DNA of 64,000 nt, taken from NCBI GenBank assembly GCA_035501735.1, contig DATJVR010000034.1, forward strand, positions 7,638 through 71,637, read 5' to 3'. Under the pieces are notes generated by a model. The model worked only from the letters and a program-made list of their open reading frames with translations. It was not told where the DNA came from and searched no databases. Of the stretch, positions 47,155-55,622 are shown one piece after another; position 1 is the stretch's first letter, and every line of letters starts with the position of its first letter. The DNA comes from Xanthobacteraceae bacterium. GTDB taxonomy: Bacteria; Pseudomonadota; Alphaproteobacteria; Rhizobiales; Xanthobacteraceae. The position numbers were made by a program, and so were the translations under genes.

Positions 47155-48138
47155 CTACTGCGCGTTGATGAGCGATGCGTCGATGTAGCTGTCTATCTTT
47201 TGCGACTCCTTGTAGACCTCGTTTTTCACATTGAAATCGTTGGCGATCTTGGAAGAACCGTAGAGTGAGGTGAGGCCTTCGCCTTTCTTGAACACCTTCT
47301 TGCCCTCGGCAACGTCGATCAGCTTAGTGCCCTTCAACAGCGGCTTATAGGCTTCCGGCGTAAGGCCGACGCGCGCCGCCATGATTTTCACGGCATCGTC
47401 TTGAGTCTTTGGATCGTTGATGTAATGCACGACTCGATCCCAGACCTTGATCACCTTTATCCACTCGGCCTTGCGGGCATTCAGACTTGCGGGTGTCACG
47501 GCGAGGACGTCATAGATAAGGCCGGGCGCCGAGGCGGAGGTGTAAATCGGCTTCGAGCCCGCGAGCGCTTTCATGGCTTCGCCGGATATCGGCTGCCATG
47601 CACCGATTGCATCGACCTGACCTGACGCAAGAACCTGTGGCGTTTCATTGGTCTTTGCGTTCACCAGCGTGACGTCCTTTTCCTTCATTCCGGCTTTTTC
47701 CATGGCGTGCAGCAGCAACAGGTGCTCGACCAGGCCAATTTCGATGCCGACCTTCTTGCCCTTCAGGTCCTTGATGCTTTTGATGCCGGGCTTGGCGACG
47801 ATCATGTCGTTGCCGTTGGAATAATCGGTGAGCATGATCATGATGCCCTTGCCGCCGCCCGCACCGGTGACCAGTGTGTCGCCGTTGGTCATGAGATTGC
47901 CGTCAAGTTTGCCGGCAGTGAACGCATCCATGGACGCCGAGTAGTCGAACCATTGGAATGTCACGTCGACACCCGCCTCCTTGAACCATCCCTTGTTGAT
48001 GGCGACTTCCCAGGCGACCCAGCCTGGCCAATCGCTGTAGCCAACCGTGAGCGGTGCAGCCAAAGCCGCATTTGCCCCGGATAACGCGAGCGAGAGTGCC
48101 AGTGCAGCAAGCGACGCAAATTTTCTCTTGAGACTCAT
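47155..48138 (-). CDS. ABC transporter periplasmic substrate-binding protein (NitT/TauT, NMT1-like fold)
   Basis: Signal peptide MSLKRKFASLAALALSLALSGANAALA, and LTVGYSDWPGWVAWEVA typical of the family. The ATG at 48138 has a GGAGG SD. Confidence 0.8.
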   Translation of the reverse strand: MSLKRKFASLAALALSLALSGANAALAAPLTVGYSDWPGWVAWEVAINKGWFKEAGVDVTFQWFDYSASMDAFTAGKLDGNLMTNGDTLVTGAGGGKGIMIMLTDYSNGNDMIVAKPGIKSIKDLKGKKVGIEIGLVEHLLLLHAMEKAGMKEKDVTLVNAKTNETPQVLASGQVDAIGAWQPISGEAMKALAGSKPIYTSASAPGLIYDVLAVTPASLNARKAEWIKVIKVWDRVVHYINDPKTQDDAVKIMAARVGLTPEAYKPLLKGTKLIDVAEGKKVFKKGEGLTSLYGSSKIANDFNVKNEVYKESQKIDSYIDASLINAQ

Positions 48139-48152
48139 GACCACCTCCATTG

Positions 48153-48182
48153 CGTAATACGAAATCCAGATTTCGTATTACG
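48153..48182 (-). promoter_or_regulatory. perfect 13-4-13 palindrome CGTAATACGAAAT-CCAG-ATTTCGTATTACG (operator-like, NikR-type 6-N16-6 geometry)
   Basis: Arms have no mismatches. It lies between the -12 element of the minus-strand sigma-54 promoter and the SD of the SBP gene. Confidence 0.5.
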
Positions 48183-48185
48183 TGC

Positions 48186-48201
48186 TGCAAGCCATGTGCC
48201 A
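48186..48201 (-). promoter_or_regulatory. sigma-54 (-24/-12) promoter for the SBP...His-rich operon
   Basis: The minus strand reads TGGCACATGGCTTGCA, a full match to TGGCAC-N5-TTGC(A/T). Confidence 0.7.
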
Positions 48202-48441
48202 GACAGGCGGCCTATCAGCGTTCGTGAAAGGCTGCGGCAAGTGATTGCGAGGGCAGTGTTTTGGCGGAGAGAGGGGTCGTCGCTACGACTGCTCAGCGAG
48301 GATCGGAAGCACAATTTATGCTCGCAGCAAGCGGCAGGCTGCCCAAAGTCTAAGCAGTGCCTTGATTTGCGAAGGCTGTGTGACAGTCCTCTGACAGAAA
48401 AAAGGGACAATTAAGTCAATAAGTTGGTCCACGCCGCGAAT

Positions 48442-48456
48442 TGGCACCCTTCTTGC
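48442..48456 (+). promoter_or_regulatory. sigma-54 (-24/-12) promoter for urtA
   Basis: TGGCACCCTTCTTGC is a full match to TGGCAC-N5-TTGC. It lies about 60 nt upstream of the urtA ATG. Confidence 0.7.
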
Positions 48457-48515
48457 GAAGCACCAGACGCGAACGGCATCCAGCCGCTACGCGTGCGTCA
48501 ACAGAGGGCTTTGCA

Positions 48516-49829
48516 ATGTTCAATCCCATATCCGCGGTCGCGCGACCGCATGCCCGCCGCTGGCTTGCCGCTACGGCGGGGTTAGCGTTGGGTCTGGCAA
48601 TGGCAATGCCGGCGAAGGCTCAGGACACGATCAAAATCGGAATCCTGCACTCGCTTTCCGGCACCATGGCAATCAGCGAAACCACGTTGAAAGACGTGAT
48701 GCTGATGCTCATCGACGAACAGAACAAAAAAGGAGGGCTGCTCGGGAAAAAGCTCGAAGCGGTTGTCGTCGATCCCGCCTCAAACTGGCCTTTGTTTGCC
48801 GAAAAGGCGCGCGAGCTTATCTCCAAGGACAAGGTTGCCGTCGTATTCGGCTGCTGGACGTCGGTTTCGCGCAAATCGGTGCTGCCGGTGTTCAAGGAAC
48901 TCAACTCGATCCTGTTCTATCCGGTGCAGTATGAGGGCGAGGAGAGCGAGAAAAACGTCTTTTACACGGGTGCCGCGCCAAACCAGCAAGCCATACCCGC
49001 GGTCGATTACCTCATGAAAGAGGAAAAGGTGGTGCGCTGGGTATTGGAAGGCACCGACTATGTGTATCCGCGAACGACCAACAAAATCCTTGAAGCCTAT
49101 TTGAAGAGCAAAGGCGTCAAGGATTCGGACATCTCCATCAACTACACGCCATTCGGTCACTCCGACTGGCAAACCCGAGTCGCGGCGATCAAGAAATTTG
49201 GTTCAGAAGGCCGCAAGACGGCGGTGGTCTCGACCATCAACGGTGACGCCAACGTGCCTTTCTACAAGGAACTCGGCAACCAAGGCGTGAAGGCCAAGGA
49301 CATCCCCGTGGTCGCGTTCTCGGTCGGCGAAGAAGAGCTCGCCGGCATCGACACCAAACCGCTGGTCGGACACCTTGCTGCCTGGAACTATTTCGAGTCG
49401 ATCAATACTCCGGCGAACAAGGAGTTCATCGAAAAGTGGCACGCCTTTACCAAGAATCCGAAGCGCGTCACCAATGACCCGATGGAAGCCCATGTGATCG
49501 GCTTCGCCATGTGGGTGAAGGCGGTGGAGAAGGTGAAGACGACTGACGCCACCAAGGTGATAGATGCTCTCCCCGGCATTACCGCCCCCAATCTGACCGG
49601 CGGGACTTCAACCATGCTGCCCAATCATCACATCACCAAGCCAGTCTTCATCGGCGAAGTGAAGGCAGATGGTCAGTTCAACATCGTGTGGAAGACGCCG
49701 GGGCTGGTCCCGGGTGACGCATGGTCGAAGGAACTGCCCGATTCCAAGAACCTGATTGGCGACTGGGTAACGCTTAAGTGCGGCAACTACGACACTGTGA
49801 AAAAGAAGTGTCTCGGCAGCGGTACCTGA
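48516..49829 (+). CDS. urtA: urea ABC transporter substrate-binding protein
   Basis: Signal peptide then QDTIKIGILHSLSGTMAISE and GCWTSVSRKSVLPV, typical of UrtA. The ATG at 48516 is used because the listed ORF start at 48441 overlaps the promoter. Confidence 0.9.
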   Translation: MFNPISAVARPHARRWLAATAGLALGLAMAMPAKAQDTIKIGILHSLSGTMAISETTLKDVMLMLIDEQNKKGGLLGKKLEAVVVDPASNWPLFAEKARELISKDKVAVVFGCWTSVSRKSVLPVFKELNSILFYPVQYEGEESEKNVFYTGAAPNQQAIPAVDYLMKEEKVVRWVLEGTDYVYPRTTNKILEAYLKSKGVKDSDISINYTPFGHSDWQTRVAAIKKFGSEGRKTAVVSTINGDANVPFYKELGNQGVKAKDIPVVAFSVGEEELAGIDTKPLVGHLAAWNYFESINTPANKEFIEKWHAFTKNPKRVTNDPMEAHVIGFAMWVKAVEKVKTTDATKVIDALPGITAPNLTGGTSTMLPNHHITKPVFIGEVKADGQFNIVWKTPGLVPGDAWSKELPDSKNLIGDWVTLKCGNYDTVKKKCLGSGT

Positions 49830-49903
49830 TCATACCAAAGCAAACGTGCTAAAAATGGAGGCAGCAGGCTTCTGTTGCCTCCATTACTTTTTCGGAGCTC
49901 CAA

Positions 49904-51514
49904 ATGGTTGCAGGTTCGGCGCGAATTGCGCTGCTGTTGTTCGGACTCGTTGCGTTGCTGCTGAGCGTCCGGCAGGGACTGGCCGAGAGCTACGAGGAGG
50001 CGCTCGCACGCTTCACGACCGACAGTTACAGCGAGACCGAGACCGGCATCGAGGCGATCACGGCAAGCGGCAATCCTTTGGCTGCTCAGGTCCTCGATGC
50101 CTTGCAAAACGAACGGCTGCTCTACGATCCATCGACGCATAAGGTCTACATCAAGACCGATGCAGATCAGCTGCTCGATGCCGCGAATGGTCAGCCGGTG
50201 GCGAGCGCTCCCGCAGATCTGCAGACCGTTGGCCTCACCAATCGGTTACGTCGCGCCATCGATGCGGCGCTCGGTAATCTGACCTTGCAATCGCCTGACG
50301 CGGCCAAGCGTCTCGATGCCGCGCGCGCGGTATTCAAATCGCGTGAAGCCAACACGTTACCCGCGCTCGATGCGGCGCTCGCAAAGGAATCGGATCCATC
50401 CGTGAAACGCGCGCTCATCGAAGCGCGCGCGGCCGTTGTGCTCAATCGCGATGATGCCACGGAAGCGGCCAAGCTTGATGCCATCGCGGTGCTGCGAGCG
50501 CGCGGCGACCAGGACGCGGTCGCGGTGCTTGCCGGAGCGGCTGCGGATGCGCCCGCTTCGGTGGTGCGCGCATCGAAGGATGCAGTTGCGGCGATCGAAA
50601 GCCGGCTGGCCGCGTGGGCCACGGTGCAAAATGCTTGGTACGGCCTTTCTCTCGGCTCGGTTCTGCTGCTGGCGGCCATCGGTCTTGCGATTACTTTCGG
50701 CGTGATGGGCGTAATCAATATGGCGCATGGCGAGATGGTGATGCTTGGCGCCTATGTGACGTTCGTTGTTCAGGAATTGATCCGTACTCACAACCCGGCC
50801 CTTTCCGATGTCTCGCTTGTGTTTGCGGTCCCGTTGGCGTTTCTTTTTGCTGGATTCGTCGGTGTGTTGATCGAGCAGGGCATCATTCGTTTTCTCTACG
50901 GACGACCGCTGGAGACTCTGCTCGCAACCTGGGGCCTTTCGCTCATCCTGCAACAGGCTGTTCGCACGGCGTTTGGCCCGACCAACAAGGAGGTCAGCAA
51001 CCCGTCGTGGATGAGCGGTGCGTTCCAGCTTGGCCAGATCACCGTTACCTACAATCGTCTGTGGATCATTTGCTTCACGCTTGGCGTTTTCGCCGCGTTG
51101 CTCGTGCTGCTGCGTTACACCCGGCTAGGCCTGGAAATGCGCGCGGTTACGCAAAATCGGTCGATGGCGGCATCGATGGGCATTCGCACCGCCCGGGTCG
51201 ACGCGCTCACGTTCGGGCTTGGTTCAGGGATCGCGGGAATCGCGGGTGTGGCGCTGTCGCAGATCGACAACGTAAGCCCCAATCTCGGCCAGGGTTACAT
51301 CATCGACAGTTTCATGGTCGTGGTCTTTGGCGGCGTCGGCAATCTTTGGGGCACGCTGGTTGGTGCGTTCACGCTCGGCATCGCCAACAAATTCCTCGAA
51401 CCGTACGCAGGAGCGGTGCTCGGGAAGATCGCAATCCTCGTGTTCATCATCCTGTTCATCCAGAAACGACCGCGCGGACTGTTTGCGTTGAAGGGCAGGG
51501 CGGTCGAAACATGA
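49904..51514 (+). CDS. urtB: urea ABC transporter permease with long N-terminal periplasmic extension
   Basis: The C-terminal ~300 aa are a LivH-type permease (INMAHGEMVMLGAY). Confidence 0.85.
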   Translation: MVAGSARIALLLFGLVALLLSVRQGLAESYEEALARFTTDSYSETETGIEAITASGNPLAAQVLDALQNERLLYDPSTHKVYIKTDADQLLDAANGQPVASAPADLQTVGLTNRLRRAIDAALGNLTLQSPDAAKRLDAARAVFKSREANTLPALDAALAKESDPSVKRALIEARAAVVLNRDDATEAAKLDAIAVLRARGDQDAVAVLAGAAADAPASVVRASKDAVAAIESRLAAWATVQNAWYGLSLGSVLLLAAIGLAITFGVMGVINMAHGEMVMLGAYVTFVVQELIRTHNPALSDVSLVFAVPLAFLFAGFVGVLIEQGIIRFLYGRPLETLLATWGLSLILQQAVRTAFGPTNKEVSNPSWMSGAFQLGQITVTYNRLWIICFTLGVFAALLVLLRYTRLGLEMRAVTQNRSMAASMGIRTARVDALTFGLGSGIAGIAGVALSQIDNVSPNLGQGYIIDSFMVVVFGGVGNLWGTLVGAFTLGIANKFLEPYAGAVLGKIAILVFIILFIQKRPRGLFALKGRAVET

Positions 51515-52653
51515 GCCACGTTATTGGCCGCCAGTTCGATAGCGTTTCCGTCGCATTCGTTGCCATGATCGCGATTGTCGCGGTTGCGGTGCCGGTCTCG
51601 AATCTCGCATTTCCGCCGAGCTCTCCGTTCCATGTGCCGATCTATATCGTATCGCTGCTCGGCAAATATGTGTGCTATGCCCTGCTCGCGCTTTCGATTG
51701 ATTTGATCTGGGGTTACTGCGGAATTCTGTCGCTCGGCCACGGCGCGTTCTTTGCGCTCGGCGGCTATGCCATGGGCATGTACCTGATGCGGCAGATTGG
51801 AACGCGCGGCGTGTACGGCAACCCGATCCTGCCGGATTTCATGGTGTTCCTGAATTGGCCGGAACTTCCGGTCTATTGGTATGGGTTTCAGCACTTTGCC
51901 TATGCGGCGCTGATGGTTTTGCTGGTGCCTGGCGTCCTGGCGTTCGTGTTCGGCTGGTTTGCGTTCCGCAGCCGCGTGACCGGTGTTTATCTATCGATCA
52001 TCACGCAGGCGCTGACGTTTGCGCTGTTGCTCGGATTCTTCCGCAACAATTTCGGTTTCGGCGGAAACAACGGCCTGACCGATTTCAAGGAAATCCTGGG
52101 ATTCAACGTACAGGCGCCGGGAACTCGCGTGGCGCTGTTCTCGATTTCGTGCATCGCGCTGTTGGTTGGTTTCGTGATCTGCCGCGGTGTCATCACGTCT
52201 AAATTCGGCAAGGTGCTGGTGGCAATTCGCGATGCGGAAGCGCGCGTGCGATTCCTCGGCTATCGCGTCGAGAACTACAAGCTGTTCGTGTTCACACTTT
52301 CGGCCTGTATGGCCGGCGTTGCCGGTGCGCTCTATGTGCCGCAGGTCGGCATCATCAATCCGAGCGAGTTTTCGCCCGGCAATTCCATCGAGGCGGTGAT
52401 CTGGGTGGCGGTCGGCGGTCGCGGCACGCTGATCGGCGCCGTGATTGGCGCGATCGCGGTCAACTACGCCAAGACGACTTTCACCACCGGAATGCTGGCG
52501 CCCTATTGGCTGTTTCTGCTCGGGGGGCTGTTCATTGCGGTCACCCTGCTGCTGCCGCGCGGAATCGTCGGCACGCTGCAGCAATGGTGGCATGATCGTC
52601 GCAAATCTGCGGTCGAACCCAACACCGAGACTGCGGCAAGGCTTGCGGAGTAA
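51511..52653 (+). CDS. urtC: urea ABC transporter permease
   Basis: The ATG at 51511 overlaps the urtB stop (ATGA). LivM-type permease (GILSLGHGAFFALGGY). The upstream part of listed ORF 50614..52653 is an out-of-frame artefact over urtB. Confidence 0.85.
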   Translation: MSHVIGRQFDSVSVAFVAMIAIVAVAVPVSNLAFPPSSPFHVPIYIVSLLGKYVCYALLALSIDLIWGYCGILSLGHGAFFALGGYAMGMYLMRQIGTRGVYGNPILPDFMVFLNWPELPVYWYGFQHFAYAALMVLLVPGVLAFVFGWFAFRSRVTGVYLSIITQALTFALLLGFFRNNFGFGGNNGLTDFKEILGFNVQAPGTRVALFSISCIALLVGFVICRGVITSKFGKVLVAIRDAEARVRFLGYRVENYKLFVFTLSACMAGVAGALYVPQVGIINPSEFSPGNSIEAVIWVAVGGRGTLIGAVIGAIAVNYAKTTFTTGMLAPYWLFLLGGLFIAVTLLLPRGIVGTLQQWWHDRRKSAVEPNTETAARLAE

Positions 52654-52656
52654 GCG

Positions 52657-53409
52657 ATGAACGACCGTACCACCAATGCCTTGCTCTACCTCGACGGCGT
52701 GAATGTATCGTTCGACGGCTTCCGCGCACTGAACAATCTCTCGCTCGCGGTCGAGCCCGGCGAAATGCGCGCGATCATCGGCCCGAATGGCGCTGGCAAG
52801 ACCACGATGATGGATGTGGTGACGGGAAAAACGCGGCCTGATACGGGTGAGGTGTTTTTCGAAGGGACGCACGATCTTTCCAAACTCGACGAGACCGAAA
52901 TCGCGACGCTCGGCATCGGCCGCAAGTTTCAGAAGCCGACGGTATTCGAAATGCACACGGTCGAGGACAACCTGTCCCTGGCCTTGAAGAACGACCGCCA
53001 CGTGCGCGCGACATTGTTCTGGCAGGGCAACGGCGAGGATAAAGACCGCATCGATCGGATTCTGGAAACCATAAGGCTCGGCGCCCAGCGAGATCGCCCG
53101 GCCGGCAGCCTGTCGCACGGACAAAAGCAGTGGCTGGAGATCGGCATGCTGCTGGCGCAGGAGCCGAAATTGCTGCTGGTGGATGAGCCGGTCGCCGGCA
53201 TGACCGACGCCGAGACGCGGCAGACCGTGGATCTGCTGAAGGAAATCAACCGCGACCGCACGATCGTCGTGGTGGAGCACGACATGACATTCGTGCGCGA
53301 TCTCGATGTTCGAGTCACGGTGCTGCACGAGGGTTCGGTGATCGCCGAAGGATCGATCGACCAGGTGTCAACGAACGAGCGTGTGGTCGAAGTCTACTTG
53401 GGGCGATGA
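52657..53409 (+). CDS. urtD: urea ABC transporter ATP-binding protein
   Basis: GPNGAGKTT, LSHGQKQWLEIGMLL and LLLVDEPVAGM. Confidence 0.85.
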   Translation: MNDRTTNALLYLDGVNVSFDGFRALNNLSLAVEPGEMRAIIGPNGAGKTTMMDVVTGKTRPDTGEVFFEGTHDLSKLDETEIATLGIGRKFQKPTVFEMHTVEDNLSLALKNDRHVRATLFWQGNGEDKDRIDRILETIRLGAQRDRPAGSLSHGQKQWLEIGMLLAQEPKLLLVDEPVAGMTDAETRQTVDLLKEINRDRTIVVVEHDMTFVRDLDVRVTVLHEGSVIAEGSIDQVSTNERVVEVYLGR

Positions 53410-53428
53410 GCTTGTGACGGGAACGGCG

Positions 53429-54124
53429 ATGCTCGAAGTGAACGCGGTTGACCTTCATTATGGCGCGGCGCAGGCGCTGCGATCTGTCTCGCTCACGGCG
53501 GAACTTGGCGAGGTCACGTGCGTGCTCGGCCGTAACGGCGTCGGCAAGACGAGCCTGTTGCGCGCGATCGTTGGACAGCATTCCGTCAGTTCGGGCTCCG
53601 TCGTGTGGGAGGGCACGGATATCACGACGCTGAAGCCCTATGAGCGCGCACGGCGCGGCATTGCCTATGTGCCGCAGGGCCGGGAGATTTTTCCGCTGCT
53701 CACGGTCGAAGAAAATCTGAAGACCGGGTTTGCGCCACTCGGGCGTGAGCAACGCAGCATTCCCGACGATGTGTTTTCGCTGTTTCCCGTGCTGGCGACG
53801 ATGCTGCGCCGGCGCGGCGGTGATCTTTCAGGCGGGCAGCAGCAGCAGCTCGCGATCGGGCGGGCACTGGTGATGCGGCCGAGGCTGTTGTTGCTGGACG
53901 AGCCGACCGAGGGGATTCAGCCGTCGATAATCAAGGATATCGGGCGTGCCATCAGCTATTTGCGCGGGCTCAAGCAGATGGCGATCGTTCTGGTCGAGCA
54001 ATATCTCGATTTCGCCCGTGACCTCGGCGATCGATTTTCGGTCGTTGACCGCGGCACGATCGTTTATGCTAGCCAGCGCAAGGATTTGAACGAAGCGGCG
54101 CTCAAACAATCTCTTTCCTTATAG
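53429..54124 (+). CDS. urtE: urea ABC transporter ATP-binding protein
   Basis: GRNGVGKTS, LSGGQQQQLAIGRAL and LLLLDEPTEGIQP. Confidence 0.85.
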   Translation: MLEVNAVDLHYGAAQALRSVSLTAELGEVTCVLGRNGVGKTSLLRAIVGQHSVSSGSVVWEGTDITTLKPYERARRGIAYVPQGREIFPLLTVEENLKTGFAPLGREQRSIPDDVFSLFPVLATMLRRRGGDLSGGQQQQLAIGRALVMRPRLLLLDEPTEGIQPSIIKDIGRAISYLRGLKQMAIVLVEQYLDFARDLGDRFSVVDRGTIVYASQRKDLNEAALKQSLSL

Positions 54125-54134
54125 TAGCCCCGAC

Positions 54135-54983
54135 ATGAAAACCAGAGCCGCCAATCAAGCCTTAGCGATTGACCGCGATGAAACGCTGATCGCCAACCGT
54201 GCACGCGGGCGAATAGATCTTATAGTCAGCGCGGCGGATGGCAGGACGCGCCGGAGGCGCGTGGCGGAAGACGGGTCGCTGCGGGTGCGGTTTCCGCGGA
54301 CCGTGGGCGGCGAACTCGAGGCAGTGATCGTCAATACCGCTGGTGGAATCGCGGGCGGCGACCGGCATGAGGTTAGCGTTTCGGCACGAGATAATGCGAA
54401 TCTCGTCGTCACCACGGCGGCGGCAGAAAAAATATACCGCTCGATCGGACCGGATGCGTCAATCGAGGTGACATTGGATGTCGGCGCGGGCGGCAGATTG
54501 GCATGGCTGCCGCAGGAGGCCATCGTGTTCGATCGCGGGCGGCTGTCACGAAGGATCGACGTCGATATTTCCGGCGACGGCATGGTGACGGTTGCGGAAA
54601 TGGCGGTGTTCGGGCGCTCTGCCATGGGAGAGCTGGTGGAGCAGGGATCGTTCGTCGACCGCTGGCGTGTGCGGCGCGACAGGCGCCTTGTGTTTGCAGA
54701 GACCGTGAGGCTCGACGGAGCGGTCGCGCAGAAACTCGCCGAACCGGGGGTCGCCGCCGGAGGTGCGGCCATCGCGACCGTGCTGGTTTGTCCAGGCGAT
54801 GAGACATTGGCCGCAAATGTTCGCGCTCTGGCAGGCAGCTTTGCCGGAGAGGTCGGGATTTCTGCGTGGAATGGAATCGCGGTGGCGCGGCTCTGCGGCA
54901 AGGACGGCGCCAGCGTACGGAGCGATCTGACCGCTGTGTTGACTGCGCTCGGCGCGCCGCTACCGCGGCTTTGGCTAAACTGA
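54135..54983 (+). CDS. ureD: urease accessory protein UreD
   Basis: Position first in the ure cluster. The motifs [10 protein letters not shown] and LAWLPQE are typical. Confidence 0.8.
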   Translation: MKTRAANQALAIDRDETLIANRARGRIDLIVSAADGRTRRRRVAEDGSLRVRFPRTVGGELEAVIVNTAGGIAGGDRHEVSVSARDNANLVVTTAAAEKIYRSIGPDASIEVTLDVGAGGRLAWLPQEAIVFDRGRLSRRIDVDISGDGMVTVAEMAVFGRSAMGELVEQGSFVDRWRVRRDRRLVFAETVRLDGAVAQKLAEPGVAAGGAAIATVLVCPGDETLAANVRALAGSFAGEVGISAWNGIAVARLCGKDGASVRSDLTAVLTALGAPLPRLWLN

Positions 54984-54993
54984 GAGCGCAAGC

Positions 54994-55296
54994 ATGAACC
55001 TCACGCCGCGGGAAAAAGACAAGCTCCTGATCGCGATGGCGGCGATGGTGGCGCGCCGGCGACTTGAGCGCGGCGTCAAACTCAATCATCCGGAGGCGGT
55101 GGCGCTGATCACCGATTTCATCATGGAAGGCGCGCGCGACGGCAAAACCGTTGCGCAATTGATGGAAGCGGGCACGACAGTGCTTACGCGCAAGCAGGTG
55201 ATGGACGGCATTCCGGAGATGATCCACGATATCCAGGTCGAGGCGACGTTTCCCGACGGCACGAAGCTCGTCACGGTCCACGATCCCATTCGGTGA
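54994..55296 (+). CDS. ureA: urease gamma subunit
   Basis: [35 protein letters not shown] is the canonical UreA N-terminus. Confidence 0.95.
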   Translation: MNLTPREKDKLLIAMAAMVARRRLERGVKLNHPEAVALITDFIMEGARDGKTVAQLMEAGTTVLTRKQVMDGIPEMIHDIQVEATFPDGTKLVTVHDPIR

Positions 55297-55307
55297 ATGA
55301 GGCGCTC

Positions 55308-55613
55308 ATGAAGCCCGGCGAATTCTTCATCAAGACAGGCGAGATCGAGCTCAACAAGAAACGCAAAACGGTGACGCTCACAGTCGCCAACACCGGCGAC
55401 CGTCCGATTCAGGTCGGCTCGCATTATCATTTCTTCGAGACCAATCCGGCGCTCGAATTCGACCGCAAGAAGGCGCGCGGCATGCGGCTCGACATCGCGG
55501 CGGGCACGGCCGTGCGTTTCGAGCCCGGCCAAAGCCGCAAGGTCACGCTCGTCGCACTCGCAGGCGCGCGCAAAGTCTACGGTTTTCGACAAGAGATCAT
55601 GGGCAAGCTCTGA
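55308..55613 (+). CDS. ureB: urease beta subunit
   Basis: MKPGEF...[32 protein letters not shown]. Confidence 0.95.
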   Translation: MKPGEFFIKTGEIELNKKRKTVTLTVANTGDRPIQVGSHYHFFETNPALEFDRKKARGMRLDIAAGTAVRFEPGQSRKVTLVALAGARKVYGFRQEIMGKL

Positions 55614-55622
55614 GGGGAATGC

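Noticed and set aside
48139-48440. Guanidine riboswitch (ykkC, mini-ykkC, ykkC-III) in the leader of the transporter/ureohydrolase operon
   Set aside because: I read both strands and found neither the conserved ACGR-loop hairpin pairs nor the ykkC core motifs. The only strong structure is the 13-bp palindrome, whose loop (CUGG on the transcript) does not fit. A covariance-model scan (Infernal/Rfam) would be decisive.
50614-51510. Upstream 300 codons of listed ORF 50614..52653 (would make a 679-aa UrtC)
   Set aside because: This part lies in an alternative frame over urtB and is Arg/Gly/Cys-rich nonsense. UrtC-like sequence begins at the ATG at 51511, which overlaps the urtB stop.
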